NCBI GenBank assembly: GCA_964016885.1
Contig: OZ024748.1
Span: 27,156,001 to 27,220,000 of the forward strand
Source of the DNA: Eledone cirrhosa
Lineage: Eukaryota
Direction: 5' to 3'
DNA: 64,000 nt
Part shown: positions 12,965 to 24,000 of the stretch, one piece after another
How positions within the stretch are numbered: the stretch's first letter is position 1
How the letters are laid out: the number at the start of each line of letters is the position of its first letter
Made by a program: the position numbers and the translations under genes
Notes under the pieces: model-generated
Database searches by the model: none
What the model was told of the DNA's origin: nothing
The model's input: the letters and a program-made list of their open reading frames with translations, nothing else

Positions 12965-13418
12965 AAATAATAAATATATAAATATATAAAATAAAATAAT
13001 AAATATTACATTGAGTTCTTCATACGGATTGGACACTACCGTAAACTCTTGGTAGATTTATCTACACATATATATATATATATATATATAAACCATGCAA
13101 AATAACATGATGATGATGATATATATGTCTTACACACACACACATTGAGACACAAAACGGAGATATAAATGTAGTCACAGTCAGACAAACAAACTGACTG
13201 ACAGACACAGGTAGATGAAGATATATATACAGGTAAACACATATCCACATAGATATAGTGTTGGATTTCGAATTGAGGTGTGTTGACTGTCATAGCTGTA
13301 GCTGGATTTCTGAGGATAACGAGATATTTTGTGTATCTTCTAGAGGTAAGTAGATTCAAGTGTCTTTTGGATGCTGTGTATAGATATATATTCATATATA
13401 TACACATATGATATAGAG

Positions 13419-13450
<32 letters not shown>

Positions 13451-13611
13451 TAAACGGAAAAGAAAATGCTGACAAATTGTTCACAGTGAAAAATAGTTTA
13501 ATTAGGAATAGGTGAGAATTAGTAATAGTATTGGTTAGTATTCAGTTTTGGTTTTCTAATGCTTTTCAAAAATAATTTTGAGATAGAGCGTCCGTGATGT
13601 TTGCTCTAATA

Positions 13612-13650
<39 letters not shown>

Positions 13651-13686
13651 TGGCAATATTACGCAAATATGACCCTCCCCAAATAT

Positions 13687-13730
<44 letters not shown>

Positions 13731-13732
13731 GT

Positions 13733-14079
13733 AGAAGTTATATTTAATTTATTGGGATACAACAAGCAAATATTTTTATAACTGATATAAAGCACTCAAC
13801 AAATTATTGGAGTAAAAATACAATATATTAACAAATGGAAACTATATTTATAAAACCATATTTATTTCATTATACATATTTCAAGGACACCAAAACACTA
13901 TCCGGGAGCTTCCAACCGACATGGTCGCATTCTTTAAGGGTATGTCAATATTTGTTTATAAAACTGATCTATATTATATTTTATCTGATGAAAGCACACC
14001 ATAATTTGCTTTGGTGTCCTTGAAATATGTATAATGAAATAAATATGGTTTTATAAATATAGTTTCCATTTGTTAATAT

Positions 14080-14085
<6 letters not shown>
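13733..14085. mobile_element. Family-1-related fold-back element, hammerhead core at 13985 (+)
   Basis: ~13820-13895 is inverted to ~14010-14085. CTGATGA..GAAA-TATGTATA-ATGAAATA. Tail segment 13733-13815 matches 5133-5218. Confidence 0.7.
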
Positions 14086-14123
<38 letters not shown>

Positions 14124-14145
14124 TACATACATATATATATATATA

Positions 14146-14235
14146 CAGGGTGTCCCCCAAAATGTATACACTATTCTAATAAATATTGTCTGTACAGGTA
14201 ATCAGAGTGTGTATACATTTTTGTGGGACAGCCTG
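14146..14235. mobile_element. Tc1/mariner-type MITE (90 bp)
   Basis: TA|CAGGGTGTCCCCCAAAATGTATACAC ... GTGTATACATTTTTGTGGGACAGCCTG|TA terminal inverted repeats with TA flanks. Confidence 0.75.
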
Positions 14236-14336
14236 TATATATATAGTTATGTAATAAACAACATAAGATAATTTTTTTTATTTACCAGTATAATGAAATA
14301 AATATGGTTTTATAAATATAGTTTCCATTTGTCAAG

Positions 14337-14374
<38 letters not shown>

Positions 14375-14382
14375 CTTGAAGG

Positions 14383-14437
<55 letters not shown>

Positions 14438-14527
14438 AAAGTATATATCGATTTATGGGGAGTGATATGTTACTAGAGTGCTGTATAGAAATTTATACCC
14501 ACACACACACAGATGTGTAATGTACAA

Positions 14528-14716
14528 TATCATCATCATCACCGTTTAACGTCCATTTTTCTATGCTTGCATGGGTCAGACGGGTCGCCCACGTAGAGAA
14601 TTAAGTCTGTCCAGAATTGGGCATGCCGAACCTAGCTTCTAACGGGACTGTAAATTTGACCAGGGTTTTTACAGCTGGATAACCTTCCTAACACCAACCG
14701 CATCTACAGTGTGTAG
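14528..14716 (-). mobile_element. RTE 3'-tail fragment (LINE or RTE-tailed SINE)
   Basis: CATCATCAT..TTTAACGTCC..CCTTCCTAACACCAACC is the reverse complement of the RTE tail. Confidence 0.75.
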
Positions 14717-15304
14717 TACACACACACACACATATATATATACTCTCGAATAATCGTCCTCCCCACCCCACACCGCTTTTTAATTTTTCAGATTTTTTCC
14801 AACCCTTATTAAATTTTGCTAATTTATCGCTGATGAAATTTTATTTTAAGTGGTAGCATTCCTGCAACAATTATTTTTCTTTATACATTAAAAAACATTA
14901 TACAAGACAAAAAAAACAAACAAACAAAAAGACAATGTTACTAGAAATCCCATAGGTTAAAAAATAAATAGGATGGGTTAGGGTCTCAATATGTAAACTA
15001 AATGATTAATTCTGGTTTTTTAAAACCTAGAAAAATTACTGATTTTCCAACCCCTCTCCTTATTCCACCCACTAGCGTCCGAAACGTTAAGACCCTCTTC
15101 CTGCTATATCAAGCGTTAACCTAATATTTACCTTCCATATACTGTACCGATTGTGTTGTTATTTCTGTTTACCCTTTACATACTCCCCACTCTTAAGCGT
15201 GAAACTAATACTAATATCATTTGTACTGCTTCTCTGTTTTTTGTTCTCTGTTCATTTATTAAACTATATATATATATATGTGTATATGTGTATATATATA
15301 TTTT

Positions 15305-16517
15305 GTTTCTGAATTTGTTTAGCAAGATTCTTTATCTGAAATCGTGTGTTGAAACCGATATTGTTATACTTTGGGAGGGTCATGTTGCTAATAAGAAACA
15401 CACGCACCAGTTGCTTTCACTTCAATTTATTATAATAAATTTATAAACTTAGGAATTTATAAATTTATAAATTTCTGGTTGGTTGGTTGGTTCCACAACC
15501 AGATAGTTGTTTATATATTGTCAAAGTTCTTTCGTCACACATTCTGTGACCTCTTCAGTGACTGGGGATTCTTTTCTTTGTTTTTGTGCCTCTCCTTTGT
15601 TCTGTCCTACGCCATTTTGTTTCTGTGTGTGTGTTGTGTGCTCAGTCTGCGCATGCGCCACATCCGGGTGTCTGTGTGTGTTTATATTTGTTTATTTATT
15701 TGTTTATTTACATGTTACCGGTTGGTTGTTTGTTCTATGTGTGTGTGTGTTTTCGTTTTGTCCTTAATTGTAAGTTGTGATGTTGCTGTTCCACTCATAT
15801 TTTCTATTTAATTTTGGTTGTAATTCTTTTATTTTTATTGCCTCTGTGATTTGTCTAAACATTGCGTCTTTTCTGTGTGTAGATTCTATTTTTATTTCTA
15901 TGTTCTCTAATTTACCCTTATGTTCTATAGAACATAAGGGTAAATGTTCTATAGAACATAAGGGTAAATTAGAGAACATAGAAATAAAAATAGAATCTAC
16001 ACACAGAAAAGACGCAATGTTTAGACAAATCACAGAGGCAATAAACATAAAAGAATTACAACCAAAATTAAATAGAAAATATGAGTGGAACAGCAACATC
16101 TCAACTTACAATTAAGGACAAAACGAAAACACACACACACATAGAACAAACAACCAACCGGTAACATGTAAATAAACAAATTAATAAACAAATATAAACA
16201 CACACAGACACCCGGATGTGGCGCATGCGCAGACTGAGCACACAACACACACACAGAAACAAAATGGCGTAGGACAGAACAAAGGAGAGGCACAAAAACA
16301 AAGAAAAGAATCTCCAGTCACTGAAGAGGTCACAGAATGTGTGACGAAAGAACTTTGACAATATATAAACAACTATCTGGTTGTGGAACCAAACAACCAA
16401 CCAGAAATTTATAAATTTATAAATTCCTAAGTTTATAAATTTATTATAATAAATTGAAGTGAAAGCAACTGGTGCGTGTGTTTCTTATTGGCAACATGAC
16501 CCTCCCAAAGTATAACA

Positions 16518-16521
<4 letters not shown>
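15305..16521. mobile_element. PLE 3'-end palindrome, family 3: GIY-YIG C-terminus + pLTR on both strands, hammerheads at 15520-15562 (-) and 16317-16359 (+)
   Basis: 15358-16521 is self-complementary with few mismatches. Peptide IEHKGK..RQITEA..PKLNRKYEW resembles the 18437 ORF. GTCA-CTGAAGA-GGTCACA..TGTGAC-GAAAGAACTT-TGAC. Confidence 0.88.
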
Positions 16522-16553
<32 letters not shown>

Positions 16554-16554
<1 letters not shown>

Positions 16555-16716
16555 ATGTTGATTTAAAACTGCACTATCCACAAGTGTTTTTAACCTTCAT
16601 ATCATGTCTTCCTATTTTATCTGATGAAAACACAAATGTTATTGCATGATGATATTTGTTTTTGAAATGCGCATAATAAAATACATGGAACTCTTTTAAC
16701 CATCTTTTGATCTTAT
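16554..16716 (+). mobile_element. Solo family-2 hammerhead mini-element
   Basis: Matches 11529-11695. CTGATGA at 16621, GAAA-TGCGCA-TA at 16664. (TA)n on both sides. Confidence 0.8.
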
Positions 16717-16747
16717 ATATATATATATATATATACATATCTGTATA

Positions 16748-16948
16748 TCATCATCATCGCCGATTAACGTCTATCTTCCATGCTAGCATGGGTTAGACGG
16801 GATTGTCCCAATTAGCGGCAAGTTGGGTCAGATGATCATGTCTCGCTCATATAGGATAGTTTCTGGCTGGTTTTCTACAGCTGGATGCCCTTCCTAACAC
16901 CAACCACATTGACAGTGTGTGCTGGGTACTTTTTGTTGTGACACCTAT
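16748..16948 (-). mobile_element. RTE 3'-UTR fragment
   Basis: Reverse complement of 2937-3185 motifs. Confidence 0.8.
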
Positions 16949-17086
16949 ATGATGTATATGCATAAATATATAAGCACAGGTTTGACCAAGTGGCATGTTA
17001 AGCAACTATCACCTCAGGTTGCCAGATGACAAAAACTTTGTCAGTGGAATCTGGTGGACAGAAACTGAAAGAGCATATTATATATA

Positions 17087-17935
17087 CTAGCTAACGTACC
17101 CAGCTTCGCCCGGGTAAACAGATAAGAGAAGGCAGGTAAAAGAGAAAATGACTGTATTGAATGTTTGTCTGGTTACAGTATGAGGGGAGTCCGTGGTGTA
17201 TGTGTGATACAGAAAACAGTAAAAAAAAAATCTTCCAGATATACCAGATTCTTCGTTGTACCGTTTGTGCATAGTATATGAACAATTCTAGGTGCTCCCA
17301 CCTAGAATAGTGACCTCTAGGAGATGGTTCATCTTCTGCCTGACTGTAAAACGTGTATCATTGCATAGACGTGGTTGTTCCACGTTTCTCAAAAGGATAT
17401 TGGAAGTTCCAATCTTTTATATTATTTGTAGATATAGATAATTAATATAAAAGATGATGCTCAGCCAGTTCGTCTTCAACCACCGCAGCACGCCGTCGCT
17501 GCTTGGCTCCAGTGTTTCGTTGGCGTTGTTCAGCCAGCTCCGCTTCATTCATGGCGACACGTCTTCGCCTCTGAAGTTCGGCGTTCCGATAGCGCTGTTC
17601 GGCCCGTTTTTCTTCATTCCTGGCTGCACGCCGTCGCCGCTGTAGTTCACTGTTTGATAAAGTCGAATTGCTTTTACTTTCTGTGGAACGCCGCACGCAC
17701 GTACACACACATAAACATACGCGCACGTACATACACACGCACACATGATAATAGTTACAGCGTTCACTTTGCCTCTCTCTTTCTTACTCTCCACTCTCAC
17801 TCCCTCATTGGCATTATGCATATTAATTTAAGTTTGGCGTCGTTGGGGTGGGCGGAGTCATTTGAAACCTATGAATCAATGATAATCGAGAATTATGACA
17901 CACGGAATACTGACATTGTTGAAATTAATATATAT
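17087..17935 (-). mobile_element. Non-autonomous Helitron
   Basis: Minus strand ends in hairpin ACCCGGGCGAAGCTGGGT followed by CTAG|T. Internal Arg/Glu-rich repeats (ELQRRRR..EQR) resemble Helitron RepHel N-termini. Confidence 0.65.
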
Positions 17936-17939
17936 ATAT

Positions 17940-19325
17940 ATATATTGTTATACTTGGGAAGGGTCATATTTGTGTAATATTGCCAGAATTAATAACAGAA
18001 CACACTCACTGTTTGGTTGGTTTTCGTTTCTCTGTCTTTTATATCGGTTAATTTAATTTATTCGGTCCTCAATGTTGCCATTGACTGACCAACGGTCAAA
18101 AATACAGATACAATATAGACACGAACACATATATATAGTCTATCAAAGTTCTTTCGTTGCACATCTGCAACATCGTCAGTGTTGCTATTATGTTTCCTCC
18201 CGTTGCATTGTATGCTTACGCCATCTTTATTTAGCCTGTTTATTTATTTATTTGTGTTTTTTTTGTCTTCTCTGCGCATGCGTTTGCGTATAGTGTTTTG
18301 TTTGATGTGTGTTCTTGTTTGGGTGACTGTGTATTGGTTAATGTATTCTATCTATACTAGTGTGTGTTTATATGTGTTTGTTGTTATTGTGCTTGTGTAT
18401 GTATTTATCTATTTATTTATTTATCTATCTATCTATTTATACTTCTCTTAGGTCAGTGTTGTTTGTTTGGGTGTTGTTGTTATTCCATTCATTCTTTCTG
18501 TTTAGCCTTGGCCTTCTAAGTTCTATTGCGCTGGCCTCTCTGATTTGCCTATCTGCTGGGTCATTTCTATGTTTAGATATTATTCTAACTTCTATGTTGT
18601 CTATGTTACCGTTGTGTTGTTGTCTGGCATGTTCGTATAGTACTGAACCGTTTTTTCGTCCTTTTAGTTCCCCCCAGTGTTGGTCTATCCTTTCACCTAT
18701 GCTACGAGCTGTCTCGCCTATGTATGTTGTTGTCATGTTTCTGCAAGCACCCTTTGTACATCTTATGCTATAGACTACGTTTCTAGTTTTACAGTTTATC
18801 CGGGGGTTTACTCTACATATGATACATTTCCTATTAGTACAGTGGGTTTTCTTAAAAGGGTAGGTTTTGCTGATCAGGGATTTTATGGTGGTTCCTGGCT
18901 TTTCTACCACCTTAATCTTTACGTGGGTCTTTTTCAGGGCCTGTCTACACTGGTTAGCTAATTTCCCTCCAGGGGTAGCGTCCACAAACATGACACTCTG
19001 GTATCTCTGGTTGTCGTACCATGAGGTGGCTTTCCCTATCTTATGTCTAGTCCTATCTAAGCTATTCCATGATTTACTCCTGTATAATGGGCAAATTCCT
19101 TTCATGTCCAGTTCTGTGAGGGTCTTATACTTCTCCGTGGCTCCTTCGTATACTCTGATTCTGTCTCTTTGGTTGTAGCCAGAGAACTGCATGCGGTTGA
19201 TGAAGTGTTGGATGTGTCTTTCCATTTCTGTTGGGTCGCACATGTGGGACACGTTCTTCATCACTCGTACCAAGTCTGCGATCAGAATATTAAACTTAGC
19301 ACTACTGGACATTGCTGAGTTTTTG
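17940..19325 (-). mobile_element. 5'-truncated PLE (RT thumb + GIY-YIG + pLTR with hammerhead ~18141-18184), Neptune-like
   Basis: ORF 18437-19417: NSAM..K, MQFSGY, CTNRKCIIC, VVYSIRC..C..YIGETAR, RQIREA..LNRKNEW. Minus strand CTGACGA-TGTTGCAGATGTGCAAC-GAAAGAACTT. Confidence 0.88.
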
Positions 19326-20942
19326 GGAGGGGGAACTTTTGTTTGTGATTTTTGTGCTGGTGTTTGTGTGTTTGTTTCGTTTTTGTTCATGCGGTTCTTT
19401 CTTTTTATTCTTTTCACGGGTTGGAAGGGTTCATCCTCATCGCCGCTGGGTGCCGTCGATAGGGGTTCCTCATCCGTGTTGATGGGTAGGGGTATGTTTT
19501 GGGGTTCTGTAGTGTCTGTGTGTGTTTTTGTATTTGTTTTGGGTGGGGAGGGGTTGGGTGGGATAGTGTTCTGTTGTTTTTTCTTGTTGTCGTGGTGGTG
19601 GTGGTTGTGTTGTTATTTGTGGTGTTGGTAAAAGTGTTTTTTTTTTTTTTGTCAATTGAGGACAGGCAGCCCTTAGGTGACCTCTGCTTGCGCAGTGGTA
19701 ACATGCGGGCCGCCTACTCTCAACCGAAATGTTTATGTAGGTCTGTCCATCCAGAGGTACTCTCTGTGGGATTTCTATTATACGTTCTGGGCTCATCTGC
19801 ACCAGAATTTCGACGCTAGTCCCACTAAATATATCTCTGGAGGATTTTCCTACTGAGATCAAAATGTCTTGTTCAAAGTCAATTAGACCATAAAGTATCC
19901 GCCAAATATCTACTTTGGGTGTTATGCATGTAATTTTTATTTTTTGCGTTCTTTTTCCCATGTATGTAGGGAAAAATATAAAATGGGTGGGCACAATGGG
20001 CACGATGGAATATTTTTGCTGTTATGTTATTTTTCATCAGCACCGAGATGCTGCCGAAAAGATTGGCTTTCTGAATGAATAAAATGTTATCCATGTGGTT
20101 CCTTAAAACCTGCTCAATCTCACTCTGAGATAGTTGAGCTGGTTTTTTTTATGCATTTGAGATTGTCCTGAAAACCACCGTGTTCAGGGCATTTTCTCTC
20201 CTTAGTTCTTGTGGTGAATTTATGCTAAATGACCCATTGGGTCCAAAAGTCACATATTGTTTAGCTTCTTCCAACTTTTGTTTCGCGTTGGTTAAATCCA
20301 AAAGTTGAAATATTTCCGGTTTTTTTTTTTTTTTACGGTATCAGCAAAAGAAATTTTGCTGTTGTCTTTCTTGTTGTTGTTGTCACTGTTGTTTGTATTT
20401 TCTTTGGTGTTTGTGTTGACATTTTTTTCCTTTTGATTGGTATTGTTGGATGTGTTTTCAATTTTTTCATTTTCTGTATTTTTTGGTGTCTGTTGTGGGC
20501 TGTTATTTTCATTTTTTGTTGTGTGAATTTCCATTTCTTTACGAAAGGAAGTGTTTGCAACATATATTTCCTTCTGTGTGTGGATACATGTGACGTTTGT
20601 GACGTCAGGCGTGTTCAGTTGCTTACAAGCAGCTGAAGCTTGTTCCACTTCTAGATGTTGAGGCGATGATGTTGACCTTTCTTTGTCAATGCCTGCTACT
20701 ACCTGCTGGTCAAGTAGGCATGGCTTTCCCTTCCCATCTTGTTTGGGCAAAGAAGTAGGTGCTTCGGCCATTTAAAAAAAAATGTACTGTTTTGCAAAAA
20801 TATTTTGGAGGACTGACCAGATTAAAATTTGACCTGCCAGTCCCTCTACAAATTGGTATAAAATTAAAAGTTCACAATGACGAATTTCTAAGGAAATTTA
20901 AACAAAACTTACCGAGCAAGTTTAACACGTGTCAATCCCAGC
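19326..20942 (-). mobile_element. 5' half (UTR + degenerate ORF1) of a Tx1/L1-clade LINE
   Basis: Starts GCTGGGAT next to (TATC)n. ORF1 begins MAEAPTSLPK at 20771. Zinc knuckle CYHCASRGHLRAAC. Homologous to 21059-22700. Confidence 0.85.
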
Positions 20943-21058
20943 GATAGATAGATAGATATATATATATAGATAGATCTATCTATCTATCTATCTATCTATC
21001 TATATTAATATATATATATATATATATATCTATATATATCTATCTCTATCTATCTATC

Positions 21059-24000
21059 GCTGGGATGGACACGTGTTAAACTTGCTCGGTAAGTTTTGTT
21101 TAAATTTCCTTAGAAATTCGTTGTGAACTTTTAATTTTATGTAAATATCTCTTTACGATGGACACATGTGCTGAGCTCGCTCGGTAAGTTTCGTTTAAAT
21201 TTATCTGGAAATTGTGAACTGTAAACTTTCATTTTTGTACCATTTTGTAGAGGGACTGCCAGGTCAAATTTTGATCTGGTCAGTCTCTCAAAATATTCTA
21301 CGCCTTTAGGCGAAATAGTGTTGTAAACATTTTATCTTTCGAAAAATTTCGAAAAACCCTATTTGAGAAAAATGGCTGAAGCATCTTCACCAACAATCAA
21401 AGAAAGAAAAGGGAAGTCATACTCACAGCTTCCCCCTGCCACTGTCACAGCAGCAGATGCCAAAGGCAGAGGAAGAATTGTCTTCACCTGTTGACCGACA
21501 ACTTGATGTAGCCACAACTATACAAGAAACTGAAAACAATAACAACAACAACGACAACAACAGCAACAATAAAGACAACAAAAACAACAACAACACAAAC
21601 GTCACAAGTATCCACACACCAAACGAGAAAGACAACAACAACAACAAAGATGAAAACAACTCAAACGACGAGAAACAAAACAATACAAACACCAACAACG
21701 AAAACAAAATATCTTTTGCACAAACGGCTAAATTATCAGTCACTTATGTGCTTGAAGATATTTCAAAAGCAAAAGAAATGCTGGAAAAAGCCAAAAAATA
21801 TGTATCTTTTGGCGAAAACGGTTCGTTTTCTATAAATTCACCTCCAGAACTAAAAAAACAGACGGAATTACGAACTGTCGTATTCCGTACAATTTTAAAT
21901 AAAACAAAAAACCCAGCACAACCATCTCAAGCTGAAATTCAGTTAGTACTGAAAGAAGCGATGAAAGACATCACTTTCATACGGATAAACTCTATGGGAG
22001 TTTATCCATATTGATGAAAGACGAATTGGCGGCGAAAAAATACTCTGTGTCGCCAATTCGTTCCACACACTACACCTTCTTCCCCACCTACATGGGTAAA
22101 AAAACCTAGAGAATATGGATAACCACCATCACCCCAAACATAAACTACTGGTGGTTACTAACCGGTTTCCTCAATTTAGACGAGGACAACCTCATTTCAA
22201 TAGGGAAGGCATCCGGCGACGCGTTCAGTGGAACGAGTATCGAAGTTCTGACCCAAATAAGGCCAGAACGTATCGCCCAAATCCGTGAGCGCGTCATGCT
22301 GGATGACCGTACCCACCTCAACATTATTGTGGAGGGTAGGCGTCCCTCCTGTTACCTCTGTGGCAATAGAGGTCACCTGAGGGCTGCCTGTCCCCAGCGC
22401 ACACAGAAAAAAAACACTGCTACCAACACCAACACCACCCCAACAACAACAACAAAAACAACCACAACAACAACAACAAAAACCAACACCACCACAACAA
22501 CAACAAACACGTGAAAAAACAACACAGAATACTGTCCCACCCAATCCCTCCCCACCCAAAACAAATACAAAAACACACACACCGCAAACACTACCAGAAA
22601 ACATACCCCTCCCACCCAACAAGGAAGACGAACCCCTTTCGTCGCAAGACGAAAAAGATCCCTTCCAACAAGTAAAAAGAAAGAAGAGGAGACGCACCAC
22701 AGACACACTTGTTAACTTTAACCCTCCCCAAGAGAACACAAACTACACACAAACCACCCATCCCTGTCACACAACACTAACTGCTACACAAAAAAAGACT
22801 TTACAATATACATACATGAACACAGACAACAAAGAACTACTGAAAACAATTTCAGCAAACCCTTCGGTCCAAACTGAAGGGCCTAACTTTATAACTGCTG
22901 TGGGACTACCTCATTTAAAAATGATTAAAGTCCCAATGAACTTTTACAAAACACTGAAAATAAATTTCACGGAGGACGTGGGCCCCCCCCCCCCCTGCGC
23001 CAAACCAATCAACCGCGTCCTCCTAAAAAATTTCACCCCCCCATCCCACCCAGACACCCACTCAACCACAAACACCCCAACCCCAACAACACACAGATGC
23101 CCCTTCACTTCCACAAACCACCACCCCACCCAACAACCCATCCCCAACCAGCATGGAAATTGAGCGGCCCGTTTCCCGGGACGCAGAGAGGTAAGTGCCT
23201 TTTCTCCTTACCACCAACATGGCTGTGCTAAGAGTAGGGTGTCTAAATGCGCGTGGCCTGGGCTCATCTTGGAAGCAAGCAATGCTTCTAAATGACCTCA
23301 GGTCACGATCTATAAATGTGATGGTTATCTGCGAGGCCCGGATCAGCAGCATGCGACAGCTAGCCCCCACCTTTGACGACTTTGAGATGCACGCATCTCT
23401 CTGTCAGCCCGGAGGTGGGGGTGGGGTTGTCGTTCTCCTGCAAAAACATCTGGGCCTTGCAACAGAGATAGTTCACTTGGACCCAGGGGGTCGACTGGTG
23501 GTGCTGGACCTTGGTAGTGGTGAAGGTAGAGCCTTTAGGCTGGTAGCCGCATATGCCCCTTTTGGGACAGAGCGGCCCGACTTTTTCCAGCGTCTGGAGT
23601 CTTTTCTAGGGACGTCCCGTTCCCTGCTTTTAGTGGGGGATTGGAATGGTATCCTGGATGCACGTTGGGACTATGCAGGGGCATGTCCCGATAGAGAGGG
23701 GTGCAACAGCCTCAAGGGGTTACTCGGCCGATTTGACCTGGCCGATAGATTTCGACTAGATTTTCCGACGGTGCCAACCTGGTCTTGGTCAAATCGCAGC
23801 GGATCATCTAGGTCGTACCTAGATAGGTTTTTAGTTAGAAATAAGGACAGGGACTTTTTAAGTTGTCCAGAAATGCTCATGGTTGGTTATTCAGACCACA
23901 AGTTGGTGACCTGCATGGTCAACCTTGATAGAACGCATAGACAGGGCCCCGGTTACTGGAAGCTCAACTTGTCCTTGCCGGCAAGTAGAGCTTACAGGGA

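Noticed and set aside
14742-15070. Possible pogo/Tc1 terminus TACTCTCGAATAATCG
   Set aside because: No matching inverted end found nearby.
11369-16521. Palindromes as sequencing fold-back artefacts
   Set aside because: The arms differ by substitutions and indels, and the same geometry recurs in several families with distinct flanks. Long-read confirmation is still advisable, especially for 5223-5672, whose arms look identical.
21075-21290. Spliced-leader or snRNA-like gene (CGGTAAGT plus U-rich site) in the Tx1 leader
   Set aside because: Only short motifs; no recognisable snRNA structure; explained as retrotransposon 5' UTR.
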